From NCBI GenBank assembly GCA_964016885.1, contig OZ024740.1:84754001-84818000 (forward strand): a DNA stretch of 64,000 bases, read 5' to 3'. Under the pieces are notes generated by a model that did no database searches, was not told where the DNA came from, and saw only the letters and a program-made list of their open reading frames with translations. The stretch is from Eledone cirrhosa. Its lineage: Eukaryota. This document shows positions 43,200-56,652 of the stretch, in pieces (the stretch's first letter is position 1; each line of letters starts with the position of its first letter). The translations under genes were made by a program, and so were the position numbers.

Positions 43200-43810
43200 T
43201 TTAGGGTGCAGTGGATTTCAACGACAGATCCTCTCATCCCGTCAACATCCACAACAGTGTCAAGCATCACTACATCCTCGATCACACACACTTGGGTACG
43301 TTTTTCGTCATGCATGCCTTCGGCCATACAACAGGGCGTGAGGATTGTACCTGCGTACTAGATCAAGCAGTAAGCTCCTCATTCTTTCTAGTCATAGAAC
43401 TCTCAGATATATGCTATTTACTGATGACATAACAGTTGTTACCCACACTCAATATGAACTCTCATTATTGATACAGCGCGTCTCTCATGTTTGCAAGAAT
43501 TTCGGAGATGATTGGCAGTCTGAAGTAAACGAGAGTCCTAAGACAGGCTACTGACGCACTACCAATCTTTACCATCGGAGCCTATAAATTCTGTCATCCA
43601 ACTGTTTGCATACTTCGGCTTCACCACCACTGATAACCTCTCTTTGAACGCGAAGAAGATTGACAAGAGAATTAGGAAGACAGCTTAACTTTCACCGGTC
43701 TTATGATTTGACTTCAAACAAATTGCAAGCTGATGTCAAAGAAAAATATAGCAGTCTACAATGCCTGATTCATAAACGGCAGTGGGACGTGGACTACATA
43801 TGCTATACAA
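43200..43810 (+). pseudogene. Degenerate RTE-like RT fragment
   Basis: YLRTRS..MLFTDDITVVTHTQYEL-like RT motif remnants. Confidence 0.6.
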
Positions 43811-43839
43811 GAGTAATCATTGAGCACCTTCCACTTGGG

Positions 43840-44380
43840 AGGCGCGTGGCCTAATGGAAAGGGTGTTGGATAATGTCGTGGATTCGGTTCCTGAGCTGGG
43901 TTGCGTGTTGTGTTCTTGAGCAAAACAATTCATTTCCCGTTGCTCCAGTATACTCAGGTGAAAATGAGTACCAGCAATAGCTGGGACTTTAACCCTGCGA
44001 TTAACTAGCATCATGTCCAGAGGAAGTATTCTTGCTTGAGACAGATTTTAGACTTAGACCTTTCCCTTGATCAGTATCCTTTATATTCTGAACATACACT
44101 GGTAAAGCTGAGTGAACGATTCAGCGGTAGCATCCCGTATTGAATTTATTATAATGATGCATGAGAAAGGTATTCTTGCATCATTAGAACGTCGGATAGA
44201 ATACTTTGCGGTGTTCGTTCCAGCTCTCTGCACTCATGCCGAGGTCAACTTTGCCTTTCGAGGTTAATAAAAATAATTGTTTCTACTTTAGGCACAAGGC
44301 CAGCAATTATCCAGTACATTACTGGTACTTTATTTTATCGACCCCGTAAGGATGAAAGGCAAAGTTAACCTTGGCGGAAT
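43840..44380. mobile_element. Cluster of SINE copies and fragments (two families, both strands)
   Basis: tRNA-like head ggaggcgcgtggcctaatgg at ~43840; main-family fragments at ~44170-44275 (+) and 44276-44380 (-). Confidence 0.65.
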
Positions 44381-44413
44381 GGGGTCATTTCCCCCTTCTC
44401 ATTTCTCTCTCTC

Positions 44414-44447
<34 letters not shown>

Positions 44448-44449
44448 TT

Positions 44450-44900
44450 TACTCTGGAAAAAATAGGCTATGTTCAGACCTTGAGAATGGATGGGTTCCA
44501 CTAGGTTTTTAAAATGTCCAAGAAGCGGTGTATGACATTACGGTGCTCCTACAACTCTACCGGGAGTTATGGGTTCATACATAGATATCCTGCCATGCAG
44601 CAAAGACTGTGCCAGTCGGGCCAGGTCAACCGCATGAACGGTAGCCGCATCCCAAAGGATATCCTCGATTGAGAAGCTGCAATGACGTCTGCATAACAGG
44701 CATGACGGCGCTTGGTAAGAATACGGAATTCAGGCAGACGACCGTGTTTGATGAACTGGTACCTCAAGACAGAAGAAGACAAACTGTTGGAAGCTTCAGC
44801 AGAAAAGCAGACGGCTAGATATGAACATAGCTGTGCCTGGCGACCAATCAACACACATGTGACGTCTACAATAGTGGTTATCACTCATTACTCATTAGTA
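44450..44900 (+). pseudogene. Degenerate RTE-like LINE 3' fragment
   Basis: GQVNRMNGSRIPKDIL-like peptide typical of the RTE C-terminus. Confidence 0.55.
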
Positions 44901-45006
44901 CTTTCAATCCAAATAAACAACTGCCAAAAACGTCCAGGATTCTCACTATGGTAAGCTATGGCCGAAATAGGTCGCAAATTCCTTTTATCTCTTTCTTATA
45001 TAAAGA

Positions 45007-45445
45007 TCTACAGCTGTAGAAAACAAACCAGAAACGGTTTTGTATGATCAAGACATGGTCACGTGCAGCTTGCTTCATTATATTAATCTGCCAAGAATAT
45101 ATTTTCTCGGCCAGTCACTTTGTGCTAACTGCTTGCCTTTTATCTGTTGTTGGCAGCGTTGGCGAAAGAACACTTGCTGTTTTCTCCCTTTTGTCTTTTT
45201 AGTCAAAACTTGTTTTTTACTGTATAGTAATATCACTTTTTTTCCTTGTTGAATGTTTCGTTTTGATTTTGAATTGGATTTTTTTCTATCTTCCTACCTA
45301 TCTCCATTCAGTTTACTTCCTTGGGCGTTATCTCTCTTGATGGCAACCATCATACTTTCAATGTAAACAACATTTAAGTTTAATGTGTGTAAAAATAAAT
45401 AAACATTGCATCTGCCTGGTACAAAAGAGCCATCCTTATCTTATC
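45007..45445 (+). repeat. Unclassified ~440-bp interspersed repeat
   Basis: Inverted homolog at ~62615-63058. Confidence 0.75.
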
Positions 45446-45449
45446 AGCA

Positions 45450-46380
45450 AATACAACATTGAGGTTGAATAGACAGTTGTAAGGAAAAAGGAGAAACAGA
45501 AATACTGGCAAAGGCTGGAAATTTAGCTAAATAATGGTTTTATTGAAATCCATGCTAAACCAGTACTAAGCAAGCCCCCTGTTTAATAGATATTTGGAAT
45601 AAAACTGAACAGATTGTTGTTTTTTTAAACGCATTACTGCATTACTGGCTGAGAAGTGGAGAATTCAATGATGACGGTGAAGGATTTCCTTTTATTGGTG
45701 TAGAGAATCAAAACCTTTCCACCAGAAACTATCAAAGGTGTGTAACGAAGCAGATTACATAAAGCAACTGCAAAAAAGTAGGAAAGTTGGGGGAAATCAA
45801 TTAACCACAATGCTTTTGACACAGCAAGCTTAGCTTAGATAAAATACAACTACAAGTATAATAGAGTTGGCCCTTACATAATCTGGAAATTATATCAGCA
45901 TTATGAAATAACGACAGAATGGTTTAGACACAGACAAGAAAATATCTCACTAAAAGACGGCTATAATCTGCGAGAGGCCAGAACAGTACAGATATAGACA
46001 AGAAAATGTTTCACAGAAAGAAGAATTAACTAGAATCTGTGAGAGGCCAATCCAGACAAGGAGATCAATGTTAATTCACTGGATTTGAAGGTCAAGGAAC
46101 ACCAGAATAGAAAGTGCTTCATAATCAAATATCAGTCCCATCATAGACGATAATTTACCTCTAAAAGAAAGAGAAATTATAACAATATAAAGCTTTAGAA
46201 ATAACTAGAACATGGCAACTGAAAACAAAAACAATACCAAAAGTATTGGGTGCCTTCAGCTAGATTAAAATAGATGCGGGGGGTAAAAAATGCAAAATTA
46301 AAACAAGTACTGTAGAAAAAATACAAAATGCAACTCAAATAGACGCTGTACACATTATGTAAAGGTACTTTTAATACAAA
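45450..46380 (+). pseudogene. Highly decayed RLE-type (R4/Dong-like) LINE 3' fragment
   Basis: Remnants such as ISVP..(K)EREI..QYKALE..RTWQLKTKTIP..LG resemble the R4-like RLE domain; many stops. Confidence 0.4.
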
Positions 46381-46463
46381 AAGTATACTAAATCAAGACA
46401 AAACACTGCACATATCCAATGCGCATAGAGCTATACTTGATTATGCAGTGAACACACGCATAG

Positions 46464-46465
<2 letters not shown>

Positions 46466-46525
<60 letters not shown>
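46466..46525. repeat. (AAT)n microsatellite
   Basis: Perfect trinucleotide array. Confidence 0.95.
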
Positions 46526-46526
<1 letters not shown>

Positions 46527-47070
46527 GCAGAAAAGGTCGAACATTTACCACAATACCGCAGTGGTTTTAGGAACGATGTTGAGAAGTAACAAATGAGACT
46601 GGGTTGTAACAAAGAACGCCGAGAAGAAAGTAACCAGCTGAGTTGCATTCATCACACTAACGTCGCCATTTTACATCCTTAATACCAGCAAGCTTTTAAT
46701 AAGAATTGTTCTTTTTTTTGGTTTCTATTGAAGAAAGAAAACAAATTCTTTTGAAAAAGGAAAAGCATTATTTCTTCGTTTATATATTTTGTTCCTCTAC
46801 TACTTTTATTCATTTTATATTGTATTTTCTTTCTTTCTTCGTTTCTGTATATTAGCTTTCTTGACTTTTTTTTTTTTGTATTTGTTTTTGGTTTTGTTTT
46901 TTCTCGTGTTTTTGATATATTTGTGTATGCGAATTTGTAGAAGAGGTTCGTTTGTCAAACTAAATTCGATAATAGAGTTTAGATATTATTCTTTCTTCAT
47001 TCTGCAAAATACTCCCCCTCCATACAACTCCCTTTATAATTATCTATCTCTCTCTCTCTTTCTCTTCGTA

Positions 47071-47151
<81 letters not shown>

Positions 47152-47424
47152 TCATACATACATACATACATACATACATACACACATTAATAGCTGAAGA
47201 AAGAAGGCAGCGACAGAAAGAAAGGTTTTGTCAGAATTGCGCAAATCGAACTAAAGTAAAAATAAACCCTTTCCAGTAAACTAACAATAATGACAGACAA
47301 TCGATTCCATAAGAAAGATAAACATTTCGGGAGAACATTTACTAAGATTCCAAATACACATATGCTGTTCTATTAACTTTCATGTAGCGGAATTGTGTCA
47401 GCGACAAGGTCGAATCTGTACGAC

Positions 47425-47970
47425 TGGATTGGCAGTATCGGTAGAGGGACGGACGCCATGCTTTGACGTACAGAGTTACGGCCCTTGCCATTCTGAGTTC
47501 AAATCCCACCAAGGTTAACTTTGCCTTTCATCCTTACGGGGTCGATAAAATAAAGTACCAGTAATGCACTGGGTAATTGCTGGCCTTGTGCCTAACGTAG
47601 AAACAATTATTAAGGATGAATTGGCAGTATCGGTAGAGGGTTGGACGCCATGCTTTCTAGCATAGTTACGTCCCTTTACAGTCTGAGTTCAAATCCCGCC
47701 GAGGTTAACTTTGCCTTTCATCCTTACGGGGTTGATAAAATAAAGTACCAGTAATGTACTGGGTAATTGCTGGCCTTGTGCCTAAAGTAGAAACAATTAT
47801 TAAGGATTTATGGTATAGAATAATTGTGTCTACTTTTGGCACAAGGCCAGCAATTACTCCAGTCCATTACTGATGCTTCATTTTATCGACCCCGTAAGGA
47901 TGAAAGGCAAAGTCAACCTCGGTGGGATTTGAACTCAGAACGTAAATGGCCATAACTCTGCCAATCCACC
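47425..47970. mobile_element. Three tRNA-derived SINEs (two + in tandem, one -), Deu/Nin-like central domain
   Basis: A-box-like ggattggcagtatcggtag, B-box gagttcaaatcc, core gcctttcatccttacggggtcgataaaataaagtacca, tail gtagaaacaattatt. Confidence 0.88.
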
Positions 47971-48142
47971 ACATTTGTCACCATCATCATCATCAGCAAC
48001 AGCAGCAGTATCAGCAGCAACATTTAAAGTTCATTTTTCCTGCTAGCAGTACTTAACCGGAGTTATTGATATCTCAGATGTACCGAGGGTATAGCTGAAG
48101 GAGGAGGAGGAAGAGGAGGGAGGGAAGAAGAAGAAGAAGAAG

Positions 48143-48212
<70 letters not shown>

Positions 48213-48379
48213 TTACAATGGCGTTACTAACGTGGAGAATTGAACTCAGAACGCAAAGTGTGAGAGCGGACGGCATTAGGCTCCAACAACTCCTCTACGA
48301 ACCCGAAAGAACGGAAGACAATATTAACCACGGCGAGATTTAAAAGCGGGAGTACCTGGAACAAATACCTCAAAGCATT

Positions 48380-48643
48380 TGTAGTGGCTGAGATGGTCGC
48401 TTGGCAACTAGCAGTTGCCTCCCCTTAACAACCCTTCAGGGAGCGGAGGCAAAAATACACCCGGACACAGCCACAGGTTCGCTCACTCTTTTTGGACCAC
48501 GGACATGAACAGACGTGGAAAGATCCGCTCCTCAAAATATTGACGTTGTAGGAAATTTACTAAATTATTGCATTAAATAAAATGATTGTTAGACTTGATT
48601 GTTCATTTATTTATTCGACAAAGAGAAACATCCCTTTCCTTTA
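48380..48643 (+). repeat. 5' LTR
   Basis: TG...TA termini; one mismatch seen versus 53575-53838. Confidence 0.95.
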
Positions 48644-48644
48644 T

Positions 48645-48658
48645 TGGCGACCCTGACG
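48645..48658 (+). promoter_or_regulatory. Primer-binding site, tRNA-Trp-like
   Basis: TGGCGACCCTGACG versus the tRNA-Trp complement TGGTGACCCCGACG. Confidence 0.7.
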
Positions 48659-49199
48659 ATAAAGAATGAAAACGCAGCCTATTGGAGTCCGAAATTCTTT
48701 TTAACGGCAATGTAGAATGGCTTAACATTTGGAATGTCCAAATAACTTAGCGTAAGTCCATAAAATTCATTATATTCCATTTGTTGTAGCACGCATACAG
48801 ACAAACACAAAAATACAACACACAAAAAAAAAAAATAAAGGATTTCTCTGGATATAGAATTTTGCTTCCAACATTCTGTGGAAATTACAAATGGAGATAT
48901 TTCGTTTTCCCGCGTTCAGCTTGTCTTCTCCAATCCCAGCCATCTGATTGGCTGCATCGTGCCACATGACGGCTTCTTCATCACGGACACATTTTTAAAT
49001 CAGCCATCTTGGATTTTCTTACCATTAATTTTCATAGAAAATGATTTTTTTTATTATTAAAATTTTCTTTAGAATATTTTTTTTTTTAAGAAAAAAAATT
49101 AGCAGTATTTCAAAACGGCTACCAGCAAATACCAGCAATCAGCAGCAACACCTGGCTAACTATTGACCAACACCAAAAAGTCATAAAATACGTGGCACC

Positions 49200-49985
49200 A
49201 TGAGTCAACATCATTTGCCGTCCTTCGCAGGCGACATCAAGTTGTGGTTTGCGCAGCTGGAATGTTTCTTTGAATTGATGAAGACAAAGGAACAGCATAA
49301 GCTGAAGGTCCTGATCAATGGCCTACCTGTTTCCTTGGCATTCTCGGTGAAGGACGTTGTGACGGATTTAGACGCCGACGTTACCTACGGCTCATTAAAA
49401 AAAGAAATTCTTCGCAGAAATACCAAGTCGGTAGAGAGCCGTTTTCGGGAGTTGTTGGACGATGCTCAGATGGGTGACAGGAAGCCGAGCTCCTATTTGC
49501 GACATTTGCGGGAGTTGAGCGACTCCCAGGGGATTGACACCCCCTTCATAAAGCAACTTTTTTTCTCACGTCTACCACCAAGTGCGCAAAGGATATTGGT
49601 CAATAGTTTAGAGAAGGATTCATTAGAGCAACTTGCCGCGTCCGCGGATAAGATACTTGAGGTGGACTCGAACAGCAATCAGCATAATCCTTATGTGGCT
49701 TCAGCTTGCGTCCCTCCACGCAGTTCTTCTGTGGCCGACGGCAAACTGTTGGAGTTGATTGAAGCTCTCACCAAAAAGGTAGAAGATTTGACGGTACATC
49801 ACAGAGAGCCTTCTCAACGTTTGAGGTATCGTTCGCCGCCGTCCTCTATTCATCGCCAGCACTACAACGCAGACAACAATAATTCTTCGTTGTGTTGGTA
49901 TCATGCTAACTTCGGCAGTAGGGCACAACGTTGTCGCACGCCCTGTGATTACAAGAGATTGGGAAACGCAAAGCAGAGCCACTAG
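49200..49985 (+). CDS. gag: Gag
   Basis: LWFAQLE..., [31 protein letters not shown] (CsRn1-type CHCC). Confidence 0.92.
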   Translation: MSQHHLPSFAGDIKLWFAQLECFFELMKTKEQHKLKVLINGLPVSLAFSVKDVVTDLDADVTYGSLKKEILRRNTKSVESRFRELLDDAQMGDRKPSSYLRHLRELSDSQGIDTPFIKQLFFSRLPPSAQRILVNSLEKDSLEQLAASADKILEVDSNSNQHNPYVASACVPPRSSSVADGKLLELIEALTKKVEDLTVHHREPSQRLRYRSPPSSIHRQHYNADNNNSSLCWYHANFGSRAQRCRTPCDYKRLGNAKQSH

Positions 49986-52900
49986 CAGCGGCTAGTGAAC
50001 TCTGGGAAAACCGACCGAACCGCCATCTTTTCGTATACGACCTGCGGTCAAAAAAAATTTTCCTTGTCGATACTGGCGCGTCGCTGAGTATTTGGCCAGT
50101 CAGTTATCTCAAAAAAAGCCCAGCCGAAGCAAATATAAATCTACGAGCAGTCAACCACACGGCCATTCAAACGTATGGGCAAATTTCGCTTCCTCTTCGG
50201 TTAAAAAATTTGCGGCGTGATTTGAACTGGAAGTTTACTATCGCCGACTTGCCATACGCCATTTTGGGAGCGGATTTTCTCCACCATTTTTCCTTGTTGG
50301 TGGACATTCGCAGACAACGCCTTGTTGATGCTGAAACAGGCCTTTCTTTCGAGGGTTCAGAGCCGGACGTCGCCACTGTCAGCCCTTCCTTTTTCTTGGC
50401 TGAAGTGGGCAACCAGTATCAAAGCCGGTTACATTCATTCCCTCAGTTGACGCAGGGAAAGTTACGAATAACTAGCCCGGATCATGCGATTGAACACTTC
50501 ATATCCACTACAGGTCCACCTGTTTTCTCACGTCCTCGAAGGTTATCTATAGAGAAGTTGAAAGCTGCACGTCTTGAATTCGACCACATGCTGGAATTGG
50601 GAATAATTCGGCGCTCCACAAGTCCTTGGGCATCGCCTCTACATATGATACCTAGATCTTCTGGGGATTGGAGACCGACGGTTGACTACCGACGCTTAAA
50701 CGCGATTACTGTTCCTGACCGTTATCCAATCCCGCATTTGCAGGATTTTGCATCGTCATTGCAGGGTTGCAGAATCTTTTCTAAGCTTGATTTGATCCGC
50801 GCTTATAATCAAATTCCGGTTAACAAGGAGGATATCCCAAAGACTGCTATTGCCACTCCTTTCGGATCATTCGAGTTCCTCACTATGCCTTTCGGCCTTA
50901 GAAATGCTGCAAGTACCTTCCAACGATTTATGGATGATATTACTCGGGGCCTGGATTTTGTGTACACGTATATCGATGACGTGTTGATTGCTAGTTCTTC
51001 CCCTCAGCAGCATTCAAAGCATCTGGATCTCGTATTTCGTCGTTTACAGAGATATAATGTTCGTATTAATGCTTCCAAGTGTGTTTTCGGCTCGACCTCA
51101 CTAACATTTTTAGGCCATCTGATTGACGCCGATGGTATTCGACCTCTTCCTGAGAAGGTTAAGGCAGTATCGGGTTTGCCTCCGCCAAGTTCACTGCGAC
51201 AACTGCGTCAATTCCTGGGCCTTGTAAATTTTTATAGGCGATTCGTACCTGGTTGTTCCAAATTGCTGTTCTCGTTGACAGAGATTTTTAAAGGTTGCCG
51301 GCGTAAGAATATGGACATTTCCTTAAATAAAACGCAGCTTGATGATTTTAAAAAAGTGAAAAAGGCGTTAGCGAACGCGTCTTTGCTCGCCCACCCAGTA
51401 CCCAACGCCGAGCTATCGCTCTGTGTTGATGCTTCGGATAGCGCCGAGGGCGCAGTCTTACAGCAGAAGTGTGATGGGGTACAGCAACCACTCGAGTTCT
51501 TTTCGAGGAAGTTAAAGCCTGCCGAAACTCGCTATAGCACCTTTGGAAGGGAGCTATTAGCAATTTATTTATCAGTGAAACATTTTGCTCATGTACTTGA
51601 AGGTAGAACATTCACCATTTTCACTGATCATAAACCCTTGACGTTTGCTCTTCGAACTAAGGCAGACAAATACTCGCCCAGAGAAACGAGACATCTGGAC
51701 TTCATCTCACAGTTCACGAACGACATTCAACATATTCCGGGTTCTTTGAATACAGCGGCCGATGCGCTGTCTCGCCTGCCGATCGCATCGATTTCGTCTT
51801 CCGAGGAGATAGATTTACATCGAATGGCAGCTGCCCAACCCACTCTCGAATCGTTGGATGTTACATCGCCAGAGTTTGTACATTGCAAACTGAAATACAT
51901 TCCGATCTCAACTGCTGACGGACAGATACTGTGTGATGTTTCGTTGGACTCACCACGACCTCTAGTCCCAGTGGAACATCGACGAACTGCGTTTCTCGCT
52001 TTACATGGCATTTCTCACCCAGGAGTATCAGCCTCAGTAAAACTCATAACAGCCAGATTTTTCTGGCCTGGTATGAGACGTGACATTGCTGCTTGGTGTC
52101 GTTCCTGTGTCGCTTGCCAACAAGCGAAAGTTCATAGACATGTTAAGGCTCCTCTCGGAACCTTCACCTGCCCCGATGCAAGATTTCGTCACATTCATGT
52201 GGACATCGTCGGCCCGTGGCCGGTTAGTCGTGGTTTTTCGTATCTTTTGACGATTGTTGACCTTTTTTCGCGTTGGCCTGAAGCCGTCCCTATAACAGAT
52301 ATCACCGCCGAAACCACAGCCCGTACTCTCGTATCTTCGTGGATCGCTCGTTTCGGTGTACCAACCACCATAACAACGGATCGTGGTCGTCAATTTGAGT
52401 CTAACCTCTTCCGAGAACTAACCCAAATCCTGGGGGCTACTCGAATAAGAACCACGGCTTACCACCCAGCCTCAAACGGAATGGTGGAAAGATTCCACAG
52501 GCAGCTCAAAGCCTCCTTAAGGGCTTCCATGGACTCTTCACGTTGGAGCGAGTACCTACCCATTGTATTGTTGGGTATTCGGTCGACGGTAAAGGTGGAC
52601 CTTAGGTTCTCCTCTGCCGAATTAGTTTATGGTACGCCTCTGGCGTTACCGGGGCAAATGCTGGCCCCTTTTGACCTGACTTCGCAGGACCCCGCTTCCT
52701 ACGTGTCCCGGCTTCTCTCTTATTTCAAGGATCTACCACCGATGGGCACTAGGAAGCAGACTGTAAAAACTGCCGTCCCAAGGGATATTGCCTTGTGAAC
52801 CCATGTGTTCGTTCGAGACAACGCCGTGAGACCCCCTCTTCAACGGCCATACTCTGGACCCTATCGTGTGCTTGCTCGCACAGACAAACATTTCACACTG

Positions 52901-53107
52901 GACATTCGGGGTTCCAGGGAAACGGTTTCCGTTGATCGTCTCAAACGAGCAAACCTGGACAATGACACAATGACACTTGAAACTCAAATGCCCCCCTCTT
53001 TTTCTTTGCCACACAGGCCTATTTCTCCCCCCCCCCATCAACACACAGAACTACGACCCGTTCTGGGCGAAGGGTGCATTGGCCCCGTAAGCTATGCAGT
53101 AATATAA
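49961..53107 (+). CDS. pol: Pol (protease, RT, RNase H, integrase) via -1 frameshift; in-frame TGA at 52796-52798
   Basis: Slippery G GGA AAC at 49961-49967; the -1 frame is open through FLVDTGA; YIDD, DAS, RELLA, TDHKPL, HHCC, DDE and GPY motifs present. Confidence 0.9.
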
Positions 53108-53574
53108 ACTGAATTGTATTTTTGTTTTTTTGTTTTTTTTCCTTCCAATTGTTTTTGTTGTACATTGCATTTTGTTACTTTTTGATTCTTGACTGCCTAC
53201 GGCAGTGTCAATATATTATATTTTGCGTAACATTACAACTGTTGTCAATTCTGACACAGTCCTTTTTTTTTTTTAGTGCATTTTTATAACTATGCTACAT
53301 ATGGCATTTTCATTGCCTAGCAAAACATTTTTTTTCTTGTTTATCGCATCTGGGGCCCCTTTATTGCGAAGAATGTTATCTTTTCATGCATTTTGCATCT
53401 TTTACTGTACGTTTTTTTTTTTTTTTTTTTTTTTTTTTTCTGTGTTAATGCTTGCAGACATGAACCTATTTATTATTTTTTTTTTTAATTTGTTGATACA
53501 TTCTTCTACATTTTGTAAACTACCTTCGCTTCATTGTTAACGATTTTTCGACAAAAAATCTTCTCCGAGGTGAA

Positions 53575-53838
53575 TGTAGTGGCTGAGATGGTCGCTTGGC
53601 AACTAGCAGTTGCCTCCCCTTAACAACCCTTCAGGGAGCGGAGGCAAAAATACACCCGGACACAGCCACAGGTTCACTCACTCTTTTTGGACCACGGACA
53701 TGAACAGACGTGGAAAGATCCGCTCCTCAAAATATTGACGTTGTAGGAAATTTACTAAATTATTGCATTAAATAAAATGATTGTTAGACTTGATTGTTCA
53801 TTTATTTATTCGACAAAGAGAAACATCCCTTTCCTTTA
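53575..53838 (+). repeat. 3' LTR
   Basis: Near-identical to the 5' LTR. Confidence 0.95.
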
Positions 53839-54287
53839 CATTCTATCCGTTACTCTGACGGCCGTACAAGTTTGCTAACTTATTTAATTTTATTTTGTAC
53901 TATCATATAATTTAATTGTTATATTGACCAAATAAAAACAGTATCGAAGACATACGAGATGGGAATCACCACCGAGTCATTGTGTATCCACTAACATATA
54001 GTATCAAGACAACAATTTCTAATACTTACCCTTTTGTTACGATGAAATGGTCCAGTTTGAGAGAGAAACTTGGTTGCTATTTCTAGTAAAATGGGTGTTT
54101 ATAAAATTCATCATTATTTCCATATTCAAATTCACTATACGTATACTTTCCCAAACCTTTGTATGTAAGAGAAATAAACAGTCTATTCGTAAGATCACGA
54201 ACGGAAAAACTTATTTTAACAAAACATATATCTTGAAAAATAATCATGACGTCAGTAACTGATTATGACGTCTTAATATGATTATAG

Positions 54288-54920
54288 TTGTTTCTACTTT
54301 TGGTACAAGGCCAGCAATTACCCCAGTGCATTACTGGTACTTTATTTCATCGACCCCGTAAGGATGAAAGGCAAAGTTAACCTTGGCGGGATTTGAACTC
54401 AGAACGTAAAGGGACGTAACTGTATGCCGAAAAGCATGGGGTCTGGCGCCCTACCGATACTGCCAATCCACACTTATATTCGATTGCAAAAATATGGAGG
54501 CAGTCCTTCTCCTTGTCATATGACATATGCACAATAGTTAGAGAGACAGATCGAGATTAGTGAGCCGAGTTATGGCGTCATTTGTGCTATTATTAACTTT
54601 GCCTTTCATCCTTACGGGGTCGATAAAGTACCAGTCACGCACTGGGGTCGATTTTATCGACTTCCCCCGCCCCCAAAATTGCTGGCCTTGTGCCTAAATA
54701 TGAAACCATTATTATAGATTGCCTAGGGCGGTGAATTGGCAGTATCGGTAGAGGGTCGAACGCTATACTTTGCAGCATAGAGTTATGGCCCTTTACGGTC
54801 TGAGTTCAAATCCCGCCGAGGTTAACTTTGCCTTACATCCTTACGGGGTCGATAAAATAAAGTACCAGTAACGAACTGGGATAATTTCTGGCCTTGTGCC
54901 AAAAGTAGAAACAATTATTA
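54288..54920. mobile_element. SINE cluster: 54288-54470 (-), 54594-54712 (+), 54727-54920 (+)
   Basis: Family consensus blocks. Confidence 0.85.
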
Positions 54921-54921
54921 T

Positions 54922-55160
54922 AGATCGCCTCAAGGCCGCTAGGAAAACGTCTGAGGGGGAAATTTCGAACAAGATGCAGTACTGTTTGGTCAGGGTCCTC
55001 ACAGTCACATGCTGGGCTGTCCTTCATTGTCCATCGATGGGCTGTCCTAGCATGTCTTGTACAGATCCGATTAAGGGTGTCCCATTGCTTTCTAGGAAGG
55101 TCAAAGCCGGCTGGTTTAGATGTGGAGTCCTGAACGAGGGATGGGAAAGGGCATCCTTCA
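54922..55160 (-). pseudogene. Ingi/Vingi-like LINE C-terminal fragment
   Basis: LNRICTRHAR..MKDSPACDCEDPDQTVLHLVRNFPLRRFPSGLEAI zinc-finger-like C-terminus. Confidence 0.55.
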
Positions 55161-55251
55161 ATATAAGAAATTAATCCACCCTATAAGAAATTAATTCCAC
55201 CCTATAAGAAATTAATTCCAGCAAATGTCATTGCTCGATATATATATGTGA

Positions 55252-55308
<57 letters not shown>

Positions 55309-55699
55309 CGTGCGGTGTCAGTTATAGATGATGAGAAACTCTCAGGAGAGCTGAACAGCAGATGGTCTGCAAAGAAGACTCCACATCCTCATGTGAGTGT
55401 TTCGGCCCTTAACTTCTTACTCTCTAACTGGGCCACGCCGCATCCTGATCATAAGTCCTGGATGTTCTTCTGCTGGCACTTTTTACCCACTTAGATATCG
55501 GAGATTTGTGCATTTATACCATATGAAGATTTTGTTGACAAAATTTATCTGCAACTCCGTTGTCTATGCTTTTAAACTTATATTAGAAAAATAACATTAG
55601 AAGTCGCGGCGACGATGAGACGTCAACAGTGACACCGCCGCCACCACTACAACTATGACTCTCTTATAGTTACTTCTCTTGGTAAACGTTAAAATACAA

Positions 55700-56210
55700 A
55701 TACCATGCCCGTAAATGGTATGGACGTCGTTTTTGTTCCTCGTCGGCCAGATCCAGCTGAAACTCTTCTCCGCTGCCTCTGAAATTTCCTTTAGGGCTTT
55801 GGTTCTATTCTTCTCAGAGACTGAGAGTTCTTTCATGAGACTGTAGGCAGATTTGCCAACAAAACCTTTGGATCCAACTTCTATACCGAGAACTTTGACC
55901 CAGAAGTTGGCTTCCCTCAGGCTGTTGGCCAAACTACCGTATTTTTGCGGTCGTGAACACGTGTGCTTTTTCTATTCTACTTTCAAATGGCACGGGGAAT
56001 TCAACCAAAATCAGCTGTTTTGATAAACTGGAATGGAGTACAATATCCAACCTCAAGCCACTTTTCCCGGTGATTTCTGGATTTGCCGGTCCTGCGCACT
56101 CCCAGTCATCCGCACCAGCCACATGACTCCACTCTCGTGTCCCGTATGACATCACTTTTCCTGGCCGTAATGTGATGCTTCCTTCCATGTAGAATGTTGT
56201 TGGAGATTCC
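55700..56210 (-). pseudogene. HERO/NeSL-like RLE LINE fragment
   Basis: LRLDIVLHSSLSKQLILVEFPVPFESRIEKAH and IEVGSKGFVGKS..ISEAAEKSFSWIW. Confidence 0.7.
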
Positions 56211-56468
56211 GATACTACATATTTTACTATTCCCGTATTTATCACATATACAGTCTCGTTAAGCATTTGATTGTATTATCTAACGCTCTAACAAATCCGC
56301 TAAAAAACTTTTTTTCGGCGAGCGTTAAACGATGAAAGGCAAAGTTGGCAAAAGAGGGCAGTCTACCCGACACTATAACTACTCTGCTATACACGGTCTC
56401 ATCTCTTTTACTTTTTGTTTTTTTTTTACAGGAAACTATAAAGGAATTTATTTGTTTATATACATAAA

Positions 56469-56652
56469 TAATTGTTTCTACTTTAGGCACAAGGCCAGCA
56501 ATTACCCAGTGCATTACTGGTACTTTATTTTATCGACCCCGTAAGGATGAAAGCAAAGTCAACCTCGGCGGGATTTGAACTCAGATCGTAAAGGGACGTA
56601 ACTATGCTGGAAAGCATGGCGTCCGACCCTCTACCGATACTGCCAATCCACC
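56469..56652 (-). mobile_element. tRNA-derived SINE
   Basis: Full family consensus. Confidence 0.88.

Larger units (their letters stand above)
48380..53838 (+). mobile_element. Full-length Ty3/Gypsy LTR retrotransposon, CsRn1/Kabuki clade
   Basis: 264-bp LTRs, CATT TSD (48376-48379 / 53839-53842), tRNA-Trp-like PBS, gag with CHCC motif, PR-RT-RH-IN order. Confidence 0.95.

Noticed and set aside
47425-47520. tRNA genes
   Set aside because: The A/B-box sequences are SINE heads followed by the family body; no cloverleaf is evident.
52796-52798. Programmed readthrough or selenocysteine at the pol TGA
   Set aside because: A simple nonsense mutation is more parsimonious; no supporting signal is visible.
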